A stretch of 63,293 bases of DNA, filler included, from Octopus bimaculoides (GCF_001194135.2; 7 parts of 6 records of this genome joined end to end with filler, not necessarily neighbours in it), one strand, 5' to 3'. Counted from the first letter of the whole stretch, positions 23,019 to 37,562 are shown. Numbers and translations are program-made. Notes: generated by a model from the letters alone, not told the origin.

Positions 23019-23412
23019 GGCTGTGTGGTAAGTAGCTTGCTTACCAACCACATGGTTCTGGGTTCAGTCCCACTGCGTGGCACCTTGGGCAAGTGTCTTC
23101 TACTATAGCCTCGGGCCGACCAAAGCCTTGTGAGTGGATTTGGTAGACGGAAACTGAAAGAAGCCTGTTGTATATATATATATATGTATATGTATGTGTG
23201 TGTATATGTTTGTGTGTCTGTGTTTGTCCCCCCACCATCGCTTGACAACCGATGCTGGTGTTTTTACTTCTCCGTAACTTAGTGGTTTGGCAAAAGAGAC
23301 CGATAGAACAAGTACTAGGCTTCCAAAGAATAAGTCCTGGGGTCGATTTGCTCGACTAAAGGCGGTGCTCCAGCATGGCCGCAGTCAAATGACTGAAACA
23401 AGTAAAAGAGTA
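23019..23412 (+). mobile_element. SINE family B, full length (tRNA head plus CORE-like segment)
   Basis: GGCTGTGTGGTAAG A box, GGGTTCAGTCCC B box, CACCTTGGGCAAG (resembles the CORE domain), internal (TA/TG)n, and an AGTAAAAG tail. Confidence 0.9.
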
Positions 23413-24169
23413 TAAGTATAATCATAAATATACTCATTAACACCTGGCCAGGGGCTACGGAATAAAAGTGGAAGAAATATGTAGCAAACACGAAGGAAAT
23501 TTGTCAAGAGTTTATGACAAAACCTATAGAAAACGTGCTTGGAACCATGTAAAAACTCAATGGAAAATCTGTGGTAAATGTTTGTGGCAAACGTTGTACT
23601 GAATAATGCAGTTGTCCATGAAATTCCTTTTTCAGCAACCTCACCACCATCTCATTTATCTGACCCTCTCTTTCATTGAACAAAAAAGCCATCGTTTATC
23701 CGACACGACATGGCTGCAAAGATATAAATCGCCGCCATCTTGTCTTCATGCATATTGATTGCAATTTCACAGCTAATCTAATGCACGAAGCTTAAGGTGT
23801 GTGTATATATAAATATACATACACACACCTGTATGTGTGCATAAAGATTTATGTATATGTGTGCGTTCCGTTGTCAGGCTCCATCCATCTTAAGAGACAA
23901 TGGCCATTCATTTTCCATCGTCTTCTTCCCTCTTCCATTTTCCTTCCTTCTCCTCCAGCCTGCTCTTTTTGTTCCTAAGACCATATTATGCTGGCACATC
24001 GTATGCAATGGCTGTGTAGGCCTATTCAATTGTGGTAATCCATATTGCAGTCACCACAAATAAAGACCAAATTTTGACATGGAGTTTATGCCTCCCATCT
24101 TTGTCTGTTTTTAATGCTAGAGACAGATTTTTTTTCTATCATCCTCACAAATCTGTTTGTCAAACATCT

Positions 24170-25180
24170 ACTGCATGCTTTCTACAGGTTTCTTAGACAT
24201 TAGATACACATCTACTGCAAATTTTCTACAAATTAACTACATTTACATCATAAATTTGCTACAAGAATACCTCTACAAATTTGCTACAAACTTGCTCCCA
24301 AAATTGCTATAAATTTTCTACAGATTTTCAACAAATTTATTGCAGGTATGTTGCCACAAACTTTCTGTAGTTATTTTTCATTGATTAACTCGTATTTACT
24401 ATAAGTTTTTCTACAATTTAACTACATTTACATCATAAATTTGCTACAAGAATACCTCTACAAATTTGCTCCCAAGTTTCAATAAAATTGCTACAAATTT
24501 TCTACAGATTTTCTACAAATTTATTGCATCTATGTTGCCACAAATTTTCTATAGTTATTTTTTATTGATTAACTCGTATTTACTACAAGTTTTTTCTACA
24601 ATTTAACTACATTTACACCATAAATTTGCTACAATGCACTTCTGCAAATTTGCTACAAGATTGATCCCAAGTTTCCAGATATTCCTGCAAATTTTCTATA
24701 TATTTATTGCAGGTATGTTGCCACAAATGTTTTGTAGTTATTTTTTTATTTATTAATTCATATTTGCTACAAGTTTTTCTACAAATTAACTGCAGTTACA
24801 CCATAAAGTCCCCAAAAGAATACTTCTACAAATTTACTAGCTGAAAATTTCCTCAAATTTGCTACAAGCTTGCTTTCAACCTACCTTATATTTGCTACAA
24901 ATTTTCTAGTTTCATATACATTTATTGCATATATGTTCCCCACAAATTTTCTATAGTTATTATTTTCATTAATTAGCTCATACCTATCGTAAGCTTTTCT
25001 ACAAATTAACTACATTTGCACCATAAATTCACTACAAGAAAATTTCTTCAAATTTGCTACAAGGAAATTTTTTTCAGATTTGCTACAAAAAAATTTCTTC
25101 AAATTTGCTACAAAAAAATTTCTACAAATTTGCTACAAGCTTGCTCCCAAGTTTCCATATATTTACTACAAATTTTCTGT
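24170..25180. repeat. AT-rich ~185-bp satellite, about five units, built from CTACAAATTTG subrepeats
   Basis: Anchor TTAACT(A/G)CA at ~24233, 24418, 24603, 24786 and 25006. Confidence 0.85.
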
Positions 25181-25199
25181 TTTTGTATAAATTTACTTT

Positions 25200-25350
25200 T
25201 TTCTCTTTTTTTATTTGTTTCAGTCATTTGACTGCGGCCATGCTGGAGCACCACCTTTAGTCGAGCAAATCAACCCCAGGACTTATTCTTTGGAAGCCTA
25301 GTACTTATTCTATCGGTCTCTTTTGCTGAACTGCTAATTTATGGGGAGGT
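25200..25350 (-). mobile_element. SINE family B 3' end, truncated by a gap
   Basis: Reverse-complement match to 23270-23410. Confidence 0.85.
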
Positions 25351-26281
25351 NNNNNNNNNNNNNNNNNNNNNNNNNNNNNNNNNNNNNNNNNNNNTTAATT
25401 AATTAANNNNNNNNNNNNNNNNNNNNNNNNNNNNNNNNNNNNNNNNNNNNATACTGTTTGAATAAACATGAATAGTTGAAACTCATCATAGCCGACTCTT
25501 TTTTGTATAATAAATCATAATGAATTATAATAAATTTGATTTTATAAACAATGTTAAGGGCTTTACTCATTAAATGCTTATTGTTCTTGTTGTTGTTGAA
25601 GTTGACAGCCCCTTAAGCTTATACATACACACATACACATATACAAATGATTAAATGTGTGTGTATATATATATATATGTGTGTGTGTATGTATGTATCG
25701 CTCTTTTTACACACACACACACACACACATTGTGTGAGCAGTAAATGGTCACAAAAGGGAGTTACAACAAAGTAATATTAATGCTATAATAAATACACTC
25801 TACTTAGGCATTGAGTACTTTTTGTCTTGTTTGTTAATTGAAATATGTGTGTGCATGCGTGTATGTGCGCGCGCGCGCATGTACATGTGTCAATATGTGC
25901 AAATATATTCTGTACACACACAAACACACACACATATATATACATACACACACACGTATATATATATATATATATATATATNNNNNNNNNNATATATATA
26001 TATATATATATATACTTACACACACACACACACACATATATGTATATATACACACGTACATACACACACACACACTCACACACATGTATACCCATGCATA
26101 CATATGTACATTAACATATGCAAATACATAAAGGCTTGCGTGTGCGCGTATACGTGGCGTATATATGCCTTATATATACACGGGTGTGTTATGTGTGCGT
26201 TTTTATTTATTTATAGTATTTTCTTTTCAGGGGCGGCAGGGTGGGGGGTCTGTGCAAATGCTGGTGAGGTCAGAGCGTGAC

Positions 26282-26352
26282 CCGGAAGTGATGACAAGTG
26301 TAAAGTCTGACGAGGTCACAGAGTAACAGCATCATCTCTTTAAAGATGGCGG
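26282..26352 (+). promoter_or_regulatory. ETS (CCGGAAGT) and YY1 (AAGATGGCGG) consensus motifs in a GC-richer island upstream of the orphan exon
   Basis: CCGGAAGT at 26282-26289 and AAGATGGCGG at 26343-26352. Both are common near TSSs, but these are motif matches only. Confidence 0.45.
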
Positions 26353-26524
26353 GAGTCGCCTCGCTTTGAGGCTGCAGCGAAATTGATGAGACGACGATGA
26401 CGACGATGATGCGAGGGGAGATGCAAAATGTGATGTGAGCAAGAGAGAAGAGATGCTATATATGTCTCCTAGACGAAAGGAGACGAAGAAGTGTGTGTGT
26501 ATGTATGTGGGGCAGAGCTAAATA

Positions 26525-26857
26525 ATGTATTTGAAGAAAGCTAAACGCTACTTTGATGTTCCGGACACTAAGGATGTCGGAGAGAAACGGGAGAGAAACT
26601 GTGGACAGTCTAACAGTCATGCCATCTGTATGGGGATGCTGAGAGCTGCCAACAGTTCCTCATCTGCTGCTCTACCGACCACAACAGCCGATGTTTTGTC
26701 GTTTGTCAACGATGATTTGGCCGTCGAACAACAGACTACTCCGACTGAAAGCGAGAAGGAATTCCACCCCGAAGATTTACCGGACGGGGCTTGCTTTCGA
26801 CCGAAAAGCGTCCTTGTCAATTCTGACACCGACCATACTGCTATACGACCGGCCGAG
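26525..26857 (+). CDS. Candidate first coding exon (111 codons), possibly the N-terminus of the Lhx2/9 gene
   Basis: ATG at 26525 follows an in-frame TAA (26519-26521). Non-repetitive open frame MYLKKAKRYFDVPDTKDVGEKRE...HTAIRPAE; strong donor GAG|GTAAGC at 26857/26858, phase 0. No recognisable domain. Confidence 0.55.
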
Positions 26858-27499
26858 GTAAGCACAGCGCTAGATTCAGGATTCTTCGATCTTCATATCT
26901 TTCACCCATAAATTAATTTACCTAATCCAGTTATCTTATAATGCCTTCCATCTGTCTACCTATCAGTTTGTTTCTACCTGTGTCTCTTTCTCTGCGTACC
27001 TACCAATCTATCAAAGTACCTATTTGTTTATCTCTCCACCGATCCATTTATCTATCTGTTTGCCTGTCGATCGATGGAGGGATCGATCAATCGATCGATC
27101 TAGGTCTTGTCTCTACATACCTATATATATCGATTTACGTATCAGTCTTCGCCAACCTCCTCCATACGTACGTACCTACCTACCTATGTCTATCGGCGTT
27201 GTTTCTCTCTATTTGTTGCTTCCAATATTTCTCTCAAGTCTCCGTATATACCTACATATATATATAACATCAATCCACATATAATATACATATAATTCTA
27301 CCTACCTACCTATTAATCTATCTATGATCCTAGCTATTATGTCGCTACCTACCTATCTATCAATATCCCTACTTATCAATCGATCTCTCTTGCAGCATAT
27401 TGCATATCTTTTGTCACCGAAAACTACATACTACATCTCGGCATTACCAAAATATTGTCGTAACATTTACCCCACATTCGCTAAATACACATTCTCCCA

Positions 27500-29620
27500 C
27501 AAACACCCTTAAAGTAGTCAAGAAGACAGCCAACCCCCATCTTGATCAGTGCTCGACTTGCTGATGAAATAGCAGCCAAATATTCCCGAAACCATTTTTC
27601 GAAAATCGAAGACAATGGAATTTTACATACTGTGTCTACAAATAAAGTAAATAAAAATAAAGACGAGGTAGTAAGCGTGGTGGAAACATATTTTATCATA
27701 AATCTATTGGATCAATGCTAACCTGTGGTTAAATACAGCTCCTGCTAACAAGGCTACACAGCAACAAGCCAGCTAGGAGCGTTGAATGTAGTCACCTGAA
27801 GTGCGAGAAACACCAGCCAACTATTACCTAGATTTACACCTAAACGTCTTGAAAAGAGAAGGACAGATTGTGTAGTGTTATCTTACACACATACCCCTGA
27901 TAACAAAAAAAATAATAATAATGAAAAGCAGGTTGGTCATAACTGGAGCACCTTTGATCTCAGCGCTGCTGGATCAGAGTGGCCCTGATACTAAACAACG
28001 TCTAGATATGTTTTATACGACATATACACACTTTGTTATACATCAGTTATACGTGAGCAAACGTGGGAGTCTCTTTCTGTCTCTAGATTGGTACTAGACC
28101 GGCAAGAAATAGCAGTTAAGTCTCCCTCAAACCCGGCCTTGGAAGGATATATGAGTAAATATATGTTAATCGTAGATTTTTACACTGCCTCGAAAATATA
28201 TATACACAAAAAACATACACACGCGCACATTAGATTCACAAACCAACGAAGTAGTAGACGCATATGTATTCTGCCTGCTAGAAATAACAGCTAAATCTCC
28301 CCATAAAAACCATCATTAAAAAAAATCTAAACAAAGAGACATCACTAACAATAGTTTTAGATTTTATAGACAGGGTGGTCATTGTTGGAACGGCTTTTAC
28401 TTTAAGGTCTGTTCCCACTTTGGGTGACCTGGAGGGAGTTTAAATAAAATAAAAACAACGACATAACAGTGTCTATGACATCCCCACCCCAAAAATATTT
28501 AAGCTGAGAGCCAGTGAGGGAACCGTTCAAATGGCTAGAAACAACAGCCAGATCTTTTTTCAGATCACGCCCTACTCGTTGTGTGTGTGCGCGTGCGCGT
28601 ATTATCTTTTTGGTTATTGGACTGAAAATCTTTGGATTGCGGCCAAACTGGGGCACCGCCAAGAAGGGTTTAGTTGAGCAAATCAGCTCCAGTATTTATT
28701 TTTTCAAAGCCTGATACTTTGAAACGTTAAGTTACGTGGACATAAACAAACCATCACCAATATATATATATGTATATTGTAATCCAGGATACACCGACGT
28801 CTGAATAAAAGACGTGTTATGGCCTACTGCTGGAACATTCTTTGATCGTAGGTCTGTCTACCCGAAATTGGGTTGACCCGGGTGGTAGTGATGGTGGATG
28901 GCACAACAACGGCAATAACCATCACCGCCGCTGCTGCCACCCTTTAACTCTTAGTAAAAGGGAGAGCTTCTATGTGGTCGTTCGACCTTCCTACAAGAAA
29001 TAGCAGCCATGTCTCCCTCAAACCACACCCAACCTTCTTCAAAACGGAAGGATACACAGTTGCAGCTATAACTAACTGCATTATCATATGTTTGAAACTG
29101 GAGCAGGTTGGTCATGGCTTTGGAATGTCTTTAATCGTATAGATCTGCTCGATCAGGGCAACCAATAGCTATGTTAACGGAACCCGTGTGTATGCAGTGT
29201 ATGGAACTGCTAGTCATGGCAGCCAAATCTTCAGATCACACGGCCTTCTATTTGGAAAAATGTAAGGAAAAAAACAAAATGGGGGCGGACACTTCGGATA
29301 TTGTAGTCCTAGATTGTTGTTGCCATTTACTCCCCAAGTTAATCCCGATTGAGCATAGATAGATATATGATCAAACGCTTTTCTAGAGTGACCATCTTGA
29401 CTTTAGGGTCCTCCAATGTGCCCCCCCCCCACCATCCATGAAGCAACGACCTCATTTCTAACTTGTCCCCTTTTTTTTCTAAGACGGTAGCGTTGTTATT
29501 TCAGATTTTAACAACCACTTACGGAATGGTTTCTTCGAACAACAGAATGCTATGCCTGNNNNNNNNNNNNNCCAGCAACAAAATAAAACCTTTAGATTGG
29601 ATGGTCACGGTTAGAACGCC
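27500..29620. repeat. Cluster of degenerate family D fragments
   Basis: GAAATAGCAGCC / TCTCCCTCAAA / GGTTGGTCAT / TTTGATC segments recur near 27570, 27930, 28105, 28290, 28545, 29000, 29220 and 29600. Confidence 0.6.
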
Positions 29621-30108
29621 TGTTAAACGTTCAATCGCCCTACCTCATCAATGTCTCACTCACGCCCCTCTCCTATTAGCGTGACTGACTCGTATGTTTA
29701 TATTTATTGTTTATCGCTACAATATTTATATCCACCCCGTTCACACCCGATGCCACTATTTATTATTCGGTTACATTCTGGTATTGCTGTTTCGTCGTCA
29801 TCATCATCATCACCACCACCATCATCATCATTTTCATTTATGTTGGCCACCCGATCTTCTCTCTCTTTTTCTCCTTTTGATAAAATAACAGATTTCCTCC
29901 TCTTTGTGGTCTTCGCATCGGCTTGTTTTGAAAACATTGACATTTATATATATCCACTTCAATTTATGCAACTTGTGTGTAAGTGTGGCCGTTTCCGTGT
30001 GTGTGTGTGTGACTGTTTCTATGTGTGTGTGTCTATTTATACGGATGTGTGTGTATGCGCATTAGAATTTGAAGCTTCTAGTAACGATACACAAAGCTAA
30101 GCATTCGG

Positions 30109-30153
<45 letters not shown>

Positions 30154-30560
30154 GTGTATATGTGTGTGTGTAGTATTATCTTCCTTATTTGTAAACACAA
30201 ACGTTCACCAAATTCAATATGTATGTATGTATGTTTGTGTATATGTATGTATGTATGTATATGAATGAATGATATTTAATATTTCGTTTATAAACATTAC
30301 ATATATTTATATACCCGTATGTATGTATGTATGTATGTATGTATATATATATACACACGTACAGCATCCATATAGCCACATTGGAAGCTGCTTATGAACA
30401 TTCTGGGGCACGAAGCGTTTTCAATGACAAGAAAACATACCCCAGCTGACGATATTGAAGCCATTGAAGAATTTTGGGACCCCATAATTTTGAAAACGCT
30501 TGACATTATCCACGATTATAATAAGCGGCTTCCTATTGCATATGCGTTCGTGCACGTTTA

Positions 30561-30602
<42 letters not shown>

Positions 30603-31486
30603 CGTGTAGTAACTAGATATGGATGAACCTTACAAGGTAAATCTTTTAATCTTGGCATCAATTCACCGAGCAGGGAGCACTCGACAGTTAATTAGAAATC
30701 GTTGGACAGAGAAGAGGAGCGATGACCAATGATTTTGTGAAATAGATTAATGAAAATGATATTAATAATAAATGAACGGTAGGCAACAATGGATATCGAA
30801 TATGACCATATAGAGAAAAACGTCAGTTTTTACCTTACCATAAACGTTATACATTTATATACTGTATGTGTGTGTATGTATATGTATATAGATAGATAGA
30901 TTGATTGATTGATAGATATAGATGTGTGTGTATGTATGTATATATATTCATGTATATGCATAAACACGAAGCCCCCACAAGATATTTTAATATTTTTTTG
31001 TCAAGGACCTTAATTTCTGCAGCTATTAATTTAAGGGGTCGATGCCAACCGGAACTGCATATTTCTGGGAGAAAAACAGATTGCTTGCTCTTCCTTTATC
31101 CCTCCCTCCCTTCCACCCGCCCCATTCATTTCTCTACCTGTATATTTAATTAGCTTCGATGTGCCCCCCCCCCACTTCCTCTTGCTCCTCCTACCTTCTC
31201 TCTGTATCTGTTCATTTATCCACAACATATCTATATATACCTTTGTTTAACTCTGCATTACCTAAGTACCTGCCGATGTGCATGCCTCTTTCTCACTCCC
31301 TCCCCCTCTCTGTGTGTCTATCTATCTATCTATCTATTTATCTATACATCTATCTATCTAGCTGTCTGNNNNNNNNNNNNNNNNNNNNNNNNNNNNNNNN
31401 NNNACTCCAGTCGGTGCTACCATAAATAGAATCACTGCATTGTCTAGCTACTTTAACACATACTACAACTATTGTTCCGGCTGTTG

Positions 31487-31525
<39 letters not shown>

Positions 31526-32639
31526 TTGTACTACTATAACATACCTGACGACTACGTTGGTGATGTTTGCAATTAATATTACGGTTCATAATATTGATGA
31601 TGATGATAATAATGATGTTGATTGTTGTAGTAGTAATTGCAGTGGTAATTCTAGTAGTAGCACTAGTAGTCGTAGGGTACCAGTGTGTTAACAGTTAGTT
31701 GTCCCTTACTGAAAGAGGAGGGGGATATGTGTGTGTGTGTACATCTCCTTTCTTCCTCTCATCTTAGTCGAGTTCGACACGGCCACCACCACCATCATCA
31801 TCATCACCGTCATCTCCAACATCACCATCATTAAAGACACCACCAAGACCGTCACCAGAACCGTCGCCGCCGCCGCCAGGCACCACCAGGCATCAAGCAT
31901 CCATTTATCAGCCAGTTCTTTTCTCCTTCGAATACCATAACATTAAGGATTCTTGAAGGAAAGGGCTGAGAGACGGCGTGATTGGCGAAGGCGGTCGCGG
32001 GTCCGCTGGTAATACTGTGATGGTGGTGACGATGGTGGTGGTACTGTGATGATGATGATGATGACGATGTGGGGGTAGGGTGCCTTCAGAATTTTTCATA
32101 CGCCCAACCACATCCTTCTTCTTCTTCTACCTATCCATTCCACTCCAACCCGCCCCACCTTAACCCAACCCTTCTCTCTCTTATCCACATGCCATCGTCT
32201 CCCCCCCCCCACCACCACCACCATAAGCACCACNNNNNNNNNNATCGTCTCCCCCCCCCCACCACCACCACCATAAGCACCACTGAATTACTGCTATGTT
32301 TTTGTTTGTTTGTCATATTTATACATATCTGCTGCTGTTTCTACTGCTGCTGCTGCGACTACTACTACTACTATTAATTATAAAAACATACTGCTACCAA
32401 TAATGGTAAATAATAGCAATATTATCTCACGATTTCTTTGTTTGCCGAAAGAGCAGCAGCACAAAGATAGCGAAAATGGATACACGCATAATATACATAC
32501 ATGTGTGTGTGTGTATGTGTGTGTGTGTGTGTTATTGTTATTATTAGATTTTAATAAAATATTAATACTTTATTTGTTATGGGTATCTTTTCCTCTCTTG
32601 TAAACACAAACGTCCATTAATCCATATTTGTGTTGTGTG

Positions 32640-32684
<45 letters not shown>

Positions 32685-32732
32685 ATATGTATATACGTAT
32701 ATATGTGTGTATGAACCTTAATTTTAATTATT

Positions 32733-32775
<43 letters not shown>

Positions 32776-33282
32776 NNNNNNNNNNNNNNNNNNNNNNNNN
32801 NNNNNNNNNNNNNNNNNNNNNNNNNNNNNNNNNNNNNNNNNNNNNNNNNNNNNNNNNNNNNNNNNNNNNNNNNNNNNNNNNNNNNNNNNNNNNNNNNNNN
32901 NNNNNNNNNNNNNNNNNNNNNNNNNNNNNNNNNNNNNNNNNNNNNNNNNNNNNNNNNNNNNNNNNNNNNNNNNNNNNNNNNNNNNNNNNNNNNNNNNNNN
33001 NNNNNNNNNNNNNNNNNNNNNNNNNNNNNNNNNNNNNNNNNNNNNNNNNNNNNNNNNNNNNNNNNNNNNNNNNNNNNTATATATATACACACACACACAT
33101 AAATACGTATACATTCACATACATACCATGAAAATATGTTTACTATTATCGTTTTGGCACCAGCTCATTTCGATAATATTAACCGGCTGTTATCATTAAG
33201 GAAATGATCTGCAACCGACTAATTTTTCGATGGCAATAACCGGTTGATAACATTATCTCATTGTCTTACAACCAGCGGTTTC

Positions 33283-33319
<37 letters not shown>

Positions 33320-33607
33320 TATACAAAAACGAGAAAAAAGATAAGAAACGCACACGCACCCAATCGCTCGCACCTACAAAGAGACATGAACACACCTATT
33401 AATAATACCTACAGCACATACACACACACACATATATATATATATATTATATATATACACGTATGTATGTAATGTATAGTCACACGTTCTATGTAATATA
33501 CCTTGATACACTTACAAAACCTACAAACCCCTTTTGGTGAGGCGGGGTCTGGGTGGGGGGGGGAGAGAAGAAATCTTCGTTATCAACCACTACCATTATT
33601 TGCTACC

Positions 33608-33678
<71 letters not shown>

Positions 33679-33779
33679 TTATTATTAGTAGTAGTAGTGC
33701 ATTGTTCGGTATTGACATTTATTGATATGATTTAATGTTGACAACTATGATGTTGATGATGATGATGACGACGTTGTGG

Positions 33780-33810
<31 letters not shown>

Positions 33811-35393
33811 GGTGGTGGTGGTGATGGTGGTGATGACGGTGATGACGATCTCGAATATAAATTTTGATTACGAGATTGATTACGGTGATGATGATGACGA
33901 TGATGCTGGGGAAGAGGAGGAGACAGACTGCTACTGTCGTCAAACCACACCTCAACCCCACCACCACCACCACCACCACCACCACTACTACTACTATTAT
34001 GACTACTATTAATATTACTACTACCACTACTACCACTACTACTACTGCTGCTGCTGTCGCTACTCGATCCACTGAAATAGCCTGTATGTGGTTGCACCTC
34101 GTGCTAGAAACTGCAGCCGTTTCTCTCTTTAGATTGTGACATCAGTCGTCTTGGAGGCACGGGTTGTGGAGGGGGAAGGAAGCGAGAGGTGGGGGTGGAG
34201 GGCACTTTGGATGATCTTGTCTCAGATGTCACCCTCTCTTAACAAAAAGGAGTTTAAAAAAAAAAATTATCAGGATGGTCGTGTCTGGAACGGCCTTTGA
34301 TCATTAGGCGTCTGCTCTGTCGGTGTTGACCTGGATGATGGACCTAAACAATGACTACTACTGCAAGCTGCTACTACTACTACCACTACTACAGCAACCG
34401 CCATTCATTCTCACTACTCCTAGCAACACACCACCACCACACCACCACCACCACCACCACCACCACCACCNNNNNNNNNNNNNNNNNNNNNNNNNNNNNN
34501 NNNNNNNNNNNNNNNNNNNNNNNNNNNNNNNNNNNNNNNNNNNNNNNNNNNNNNNNNNNNNNNNNNNNNNNNNNNNNNNNNNNNNNNNNNNNNNNNNNNN
34601 NNNNNNNNNNNNNNNNNNNNNNNNNNNNNNNNNNNNNNNNNNNNNNNNNNNNNNNNNNNNNNNNNNNNNNNNNNNNNNNNNNNNNNNNNNNNNNNNNNNN
34701 NNNNNNNNNNNNNNNNNNNNNNNNNNNNNNNNNNNNNNNNNNNNNNNNNNNNNNNNNNNNNNNNNNNNNNNNNNNNNNNNNNNNNNNNNNNNNNNNNNNN
34801 NNNNNNNNNNNNNNNNNNNNNNNNNNNNNNNNNNNNNNNNNNNNNNNNNNNNNNNNNNNNNNNNNNNNNNNNNNNNNNNNNNNNNNNNNNNNNNNNNNNN
34901 NNNNNNNNNNNNNNNNNNNNNNNNNNNNNNNNNNNNNNNNNNNNNNNNNNNNNNNNNNNNNNNNNNNNNNNNNNNNNNNNNNNNNNNNNNNNNNNNNNNN
35001 NNNNNNNNNNNNNNNNNNNNNNNNNNNNNNNNNNNNNNNNNNNNNNNNNNNNNNNNNNNNNNNNNNNNNNNNNNNNNNNNNNNNNNNNNNNNNNNNNNNN
35101 NNNNNNNNNNNNNNNNNNNNNNNNNNNNNNNNNNNNNNNNNNNNNNNNNNNNNNNNNNNNNNNNNNNNNNNNNNNNNNNNNNNNNNNNNNNCTTAACAGT
35201 ATTTCATCTGTCTTCACGTTGTGAGTTCAAATTCCACTGAGGTTGACTTTGCCTTTCATCCTTTCGGGGTCAATAAATTAAGTACCAGTTACGTATTGGG
35301 ATCAATCTAAATAGACTAGCCCCCTACCCGCCAAAATTTCGTTCCTTGTGCCTAGAATAGAAAATATTATTATTATTATTACCATTATTATTA

Positions 35394-35432
<39 letters not shown>

Positions 35433-36094
35433 GAGCGGTGAGATGGCAGAAACGTTAGCACGCCAGGCGAAATGCTTAGCGGTATTTCATCTACCGTTAT
35501 GTTCTGAGTTCAAATTCCGCCGAAGTCGACGTTACCTTTCATCCTTTTGGTGGTTGATTAAATAAGTACCAGTTACACACTGGGATCGATGTAATCGACC
35601 CAAAAACCCTTTGACTGCCCTTGTTTATCCCCTCTGTGTTTAGCCCCCTGTAGGCAATAAAGAAATAAATTATTATTATTATCATCATTATTATTATTAA
35701 GATCATAAGTTGGCAGAATCGTTAGCACGCTGTGTGAAATGCTTAGCGGTATTTTGCCTAAAGTACTCCAAGGTTGACTTTGCCTTTTGTTCTTTCTGGG
35801 TCAATAAGTTACAGTAATCCCTCGCCATATCATGGTTTACCTACCATGCCCTCACTACATCGTGGATTTCTCTGGCTAATACATGTAAATTTATATTGCC
35901 GACTCCTCAGTATATTGCAGGTTTCTGTGGCCAATGGGTACTAATATTTTTTTAGATTTTAATCATTTCTGTGGGAGGTTTTCGCATGTAACACCCACGA
36001 TAGCCGAAGGGTTACAAAAAGTCCCAATGAAACTCTGGGGTTGATGTAATCGACTAGCCCCCTCCCCTGAAATTTTAGGTCTTGTATCTCTAGT

Positions 36095-36483
36095 TGTTGT
36101 TGTTGTTGGCACTCCGTCGCTTACGACGTCGAGGGTTCCAGTTGATCCGATCAACGGAACAGCCTGCTCGTGAAATTAGCGTGTAAGTGGCTGAGCACTC
36201 CACAGACACGTGTACCCTTAACGTAGTTCTCGGGGATATTCAGCATGACAGTGTGACAAGGCTGACCCTTTGAATTACAGGCACAACAGAAACAGGAAGT
36301 AAGAGTGAGAGAAAGTTGTGGTGAAAGAGTACGGCAGGGTTCGCCACCATCCCCTGCCGGAGCCTCGTGGAGCTTTAGGTGTTTTCGCTCAATAAACACT
36401 CACAACACCCGGTCTTGGAATCGAAACCGCGATTCTATGACCGCGAGTCCGCAGCCCTAACCACTGGGCCATTGCGCCTCCAC
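36095..36483 (-). mobile_element. SINE family C, full length, inserted into a family A tail
   Basis: TSD TGTATCTCTAGT (36083-36094, 36484-36495). Confidence 0.92.
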
Positions 36484-36900
36484 TGTATCTCTAGTAGAAA
36501 GGGTTATTATTATTGAGGTGACAAGCTGACACGATTGTCGGGATGTTGGATGAAATGCTTAGCTGTATTTCTTCTCACTTCTTATGATCTGAGTTCAAAG
36601 TCTGCCGAGGTCATCTTAGCCTTTCATTCTATCGAGGTTGATAAAATAAGTTCTGGTCAAGCATGCGTCGACATAATCAGCCACCCGCTTCCTCTAAAAT
36701 TGCAGACTTTGTACTTGGACAAAATGCTTAGTGTTGCTTCATCTATCTTTACAATCTGAGTTAAAATTCTGTTGAGGTTGACTTTGCCTTTCATCCTCTT
36801 GGGGTTGATAAAATAAGTACCAGTGAAACAGTGGGGTCGATGTAATTGACTGTTGCTCCTCTCCCACAAAATTTCAGGCATTGTGTCTTTAGTAGAATGG

Positions 36901-36944
<44 letters not shown>

Positions 36945-37562
36945 GGTGGTGACATGCCCAGCGGTATTTCGTCTGTCTACGTTCTGAGTTCAAATTCCAC
37001 TGAGGTCGACTTTGCCTTTCATCTTTTCGGAGCCGATTAAATAAGTACCAGTTACGCACTGGAGTCAATGTAATCGACTTGATCCCCTCCCACAAGCTGC
37101 CCTTGTGGCAAAAATTTGAAATGATGATGATGATGATCATCATCATCATCATTATTATTTATTATTATTATTGTTATTATTATTATTATTATTAAGGTGG
37201 TGAGCTGGCAGAACTGTTTGCATGCCAAGCAAAATGCTTCGTGGCATTTCATCTAACTTCTTCAAATTCTGCTGGGGTTGACTTTGCCTTTCATCCTTTT
37301 GAGTGGGGTGGTGGGTAGGGAGTCGCTAAAATAAGTACCACTGGCCTTGTGCCAAAATTTGAATAGCATGCTGAGTGAAATGCTTAGAAGTAGTTTTGTC
37401 TGTTGAAATTCCACTGAGGTTGGTTTTGCCATTTATCCTTTTTGGGGTCAATGAAATAAGTACCAGTTATGTACTGAGGTTGATGTAATCAATTAGCTCG
37501 TTCCCCCAAAATTTCAGACGTTATGCCTTTAGTAAACAATATCATTATAATTATTATTATTA

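Noticed and set aside
30385-30560. Open frame WKLLMNILGHEAFSMTRKHTPADDIEAIEEFWDPIILKTL
   Set aside because: No clear splice sites in the required phase and no recognisable domain.
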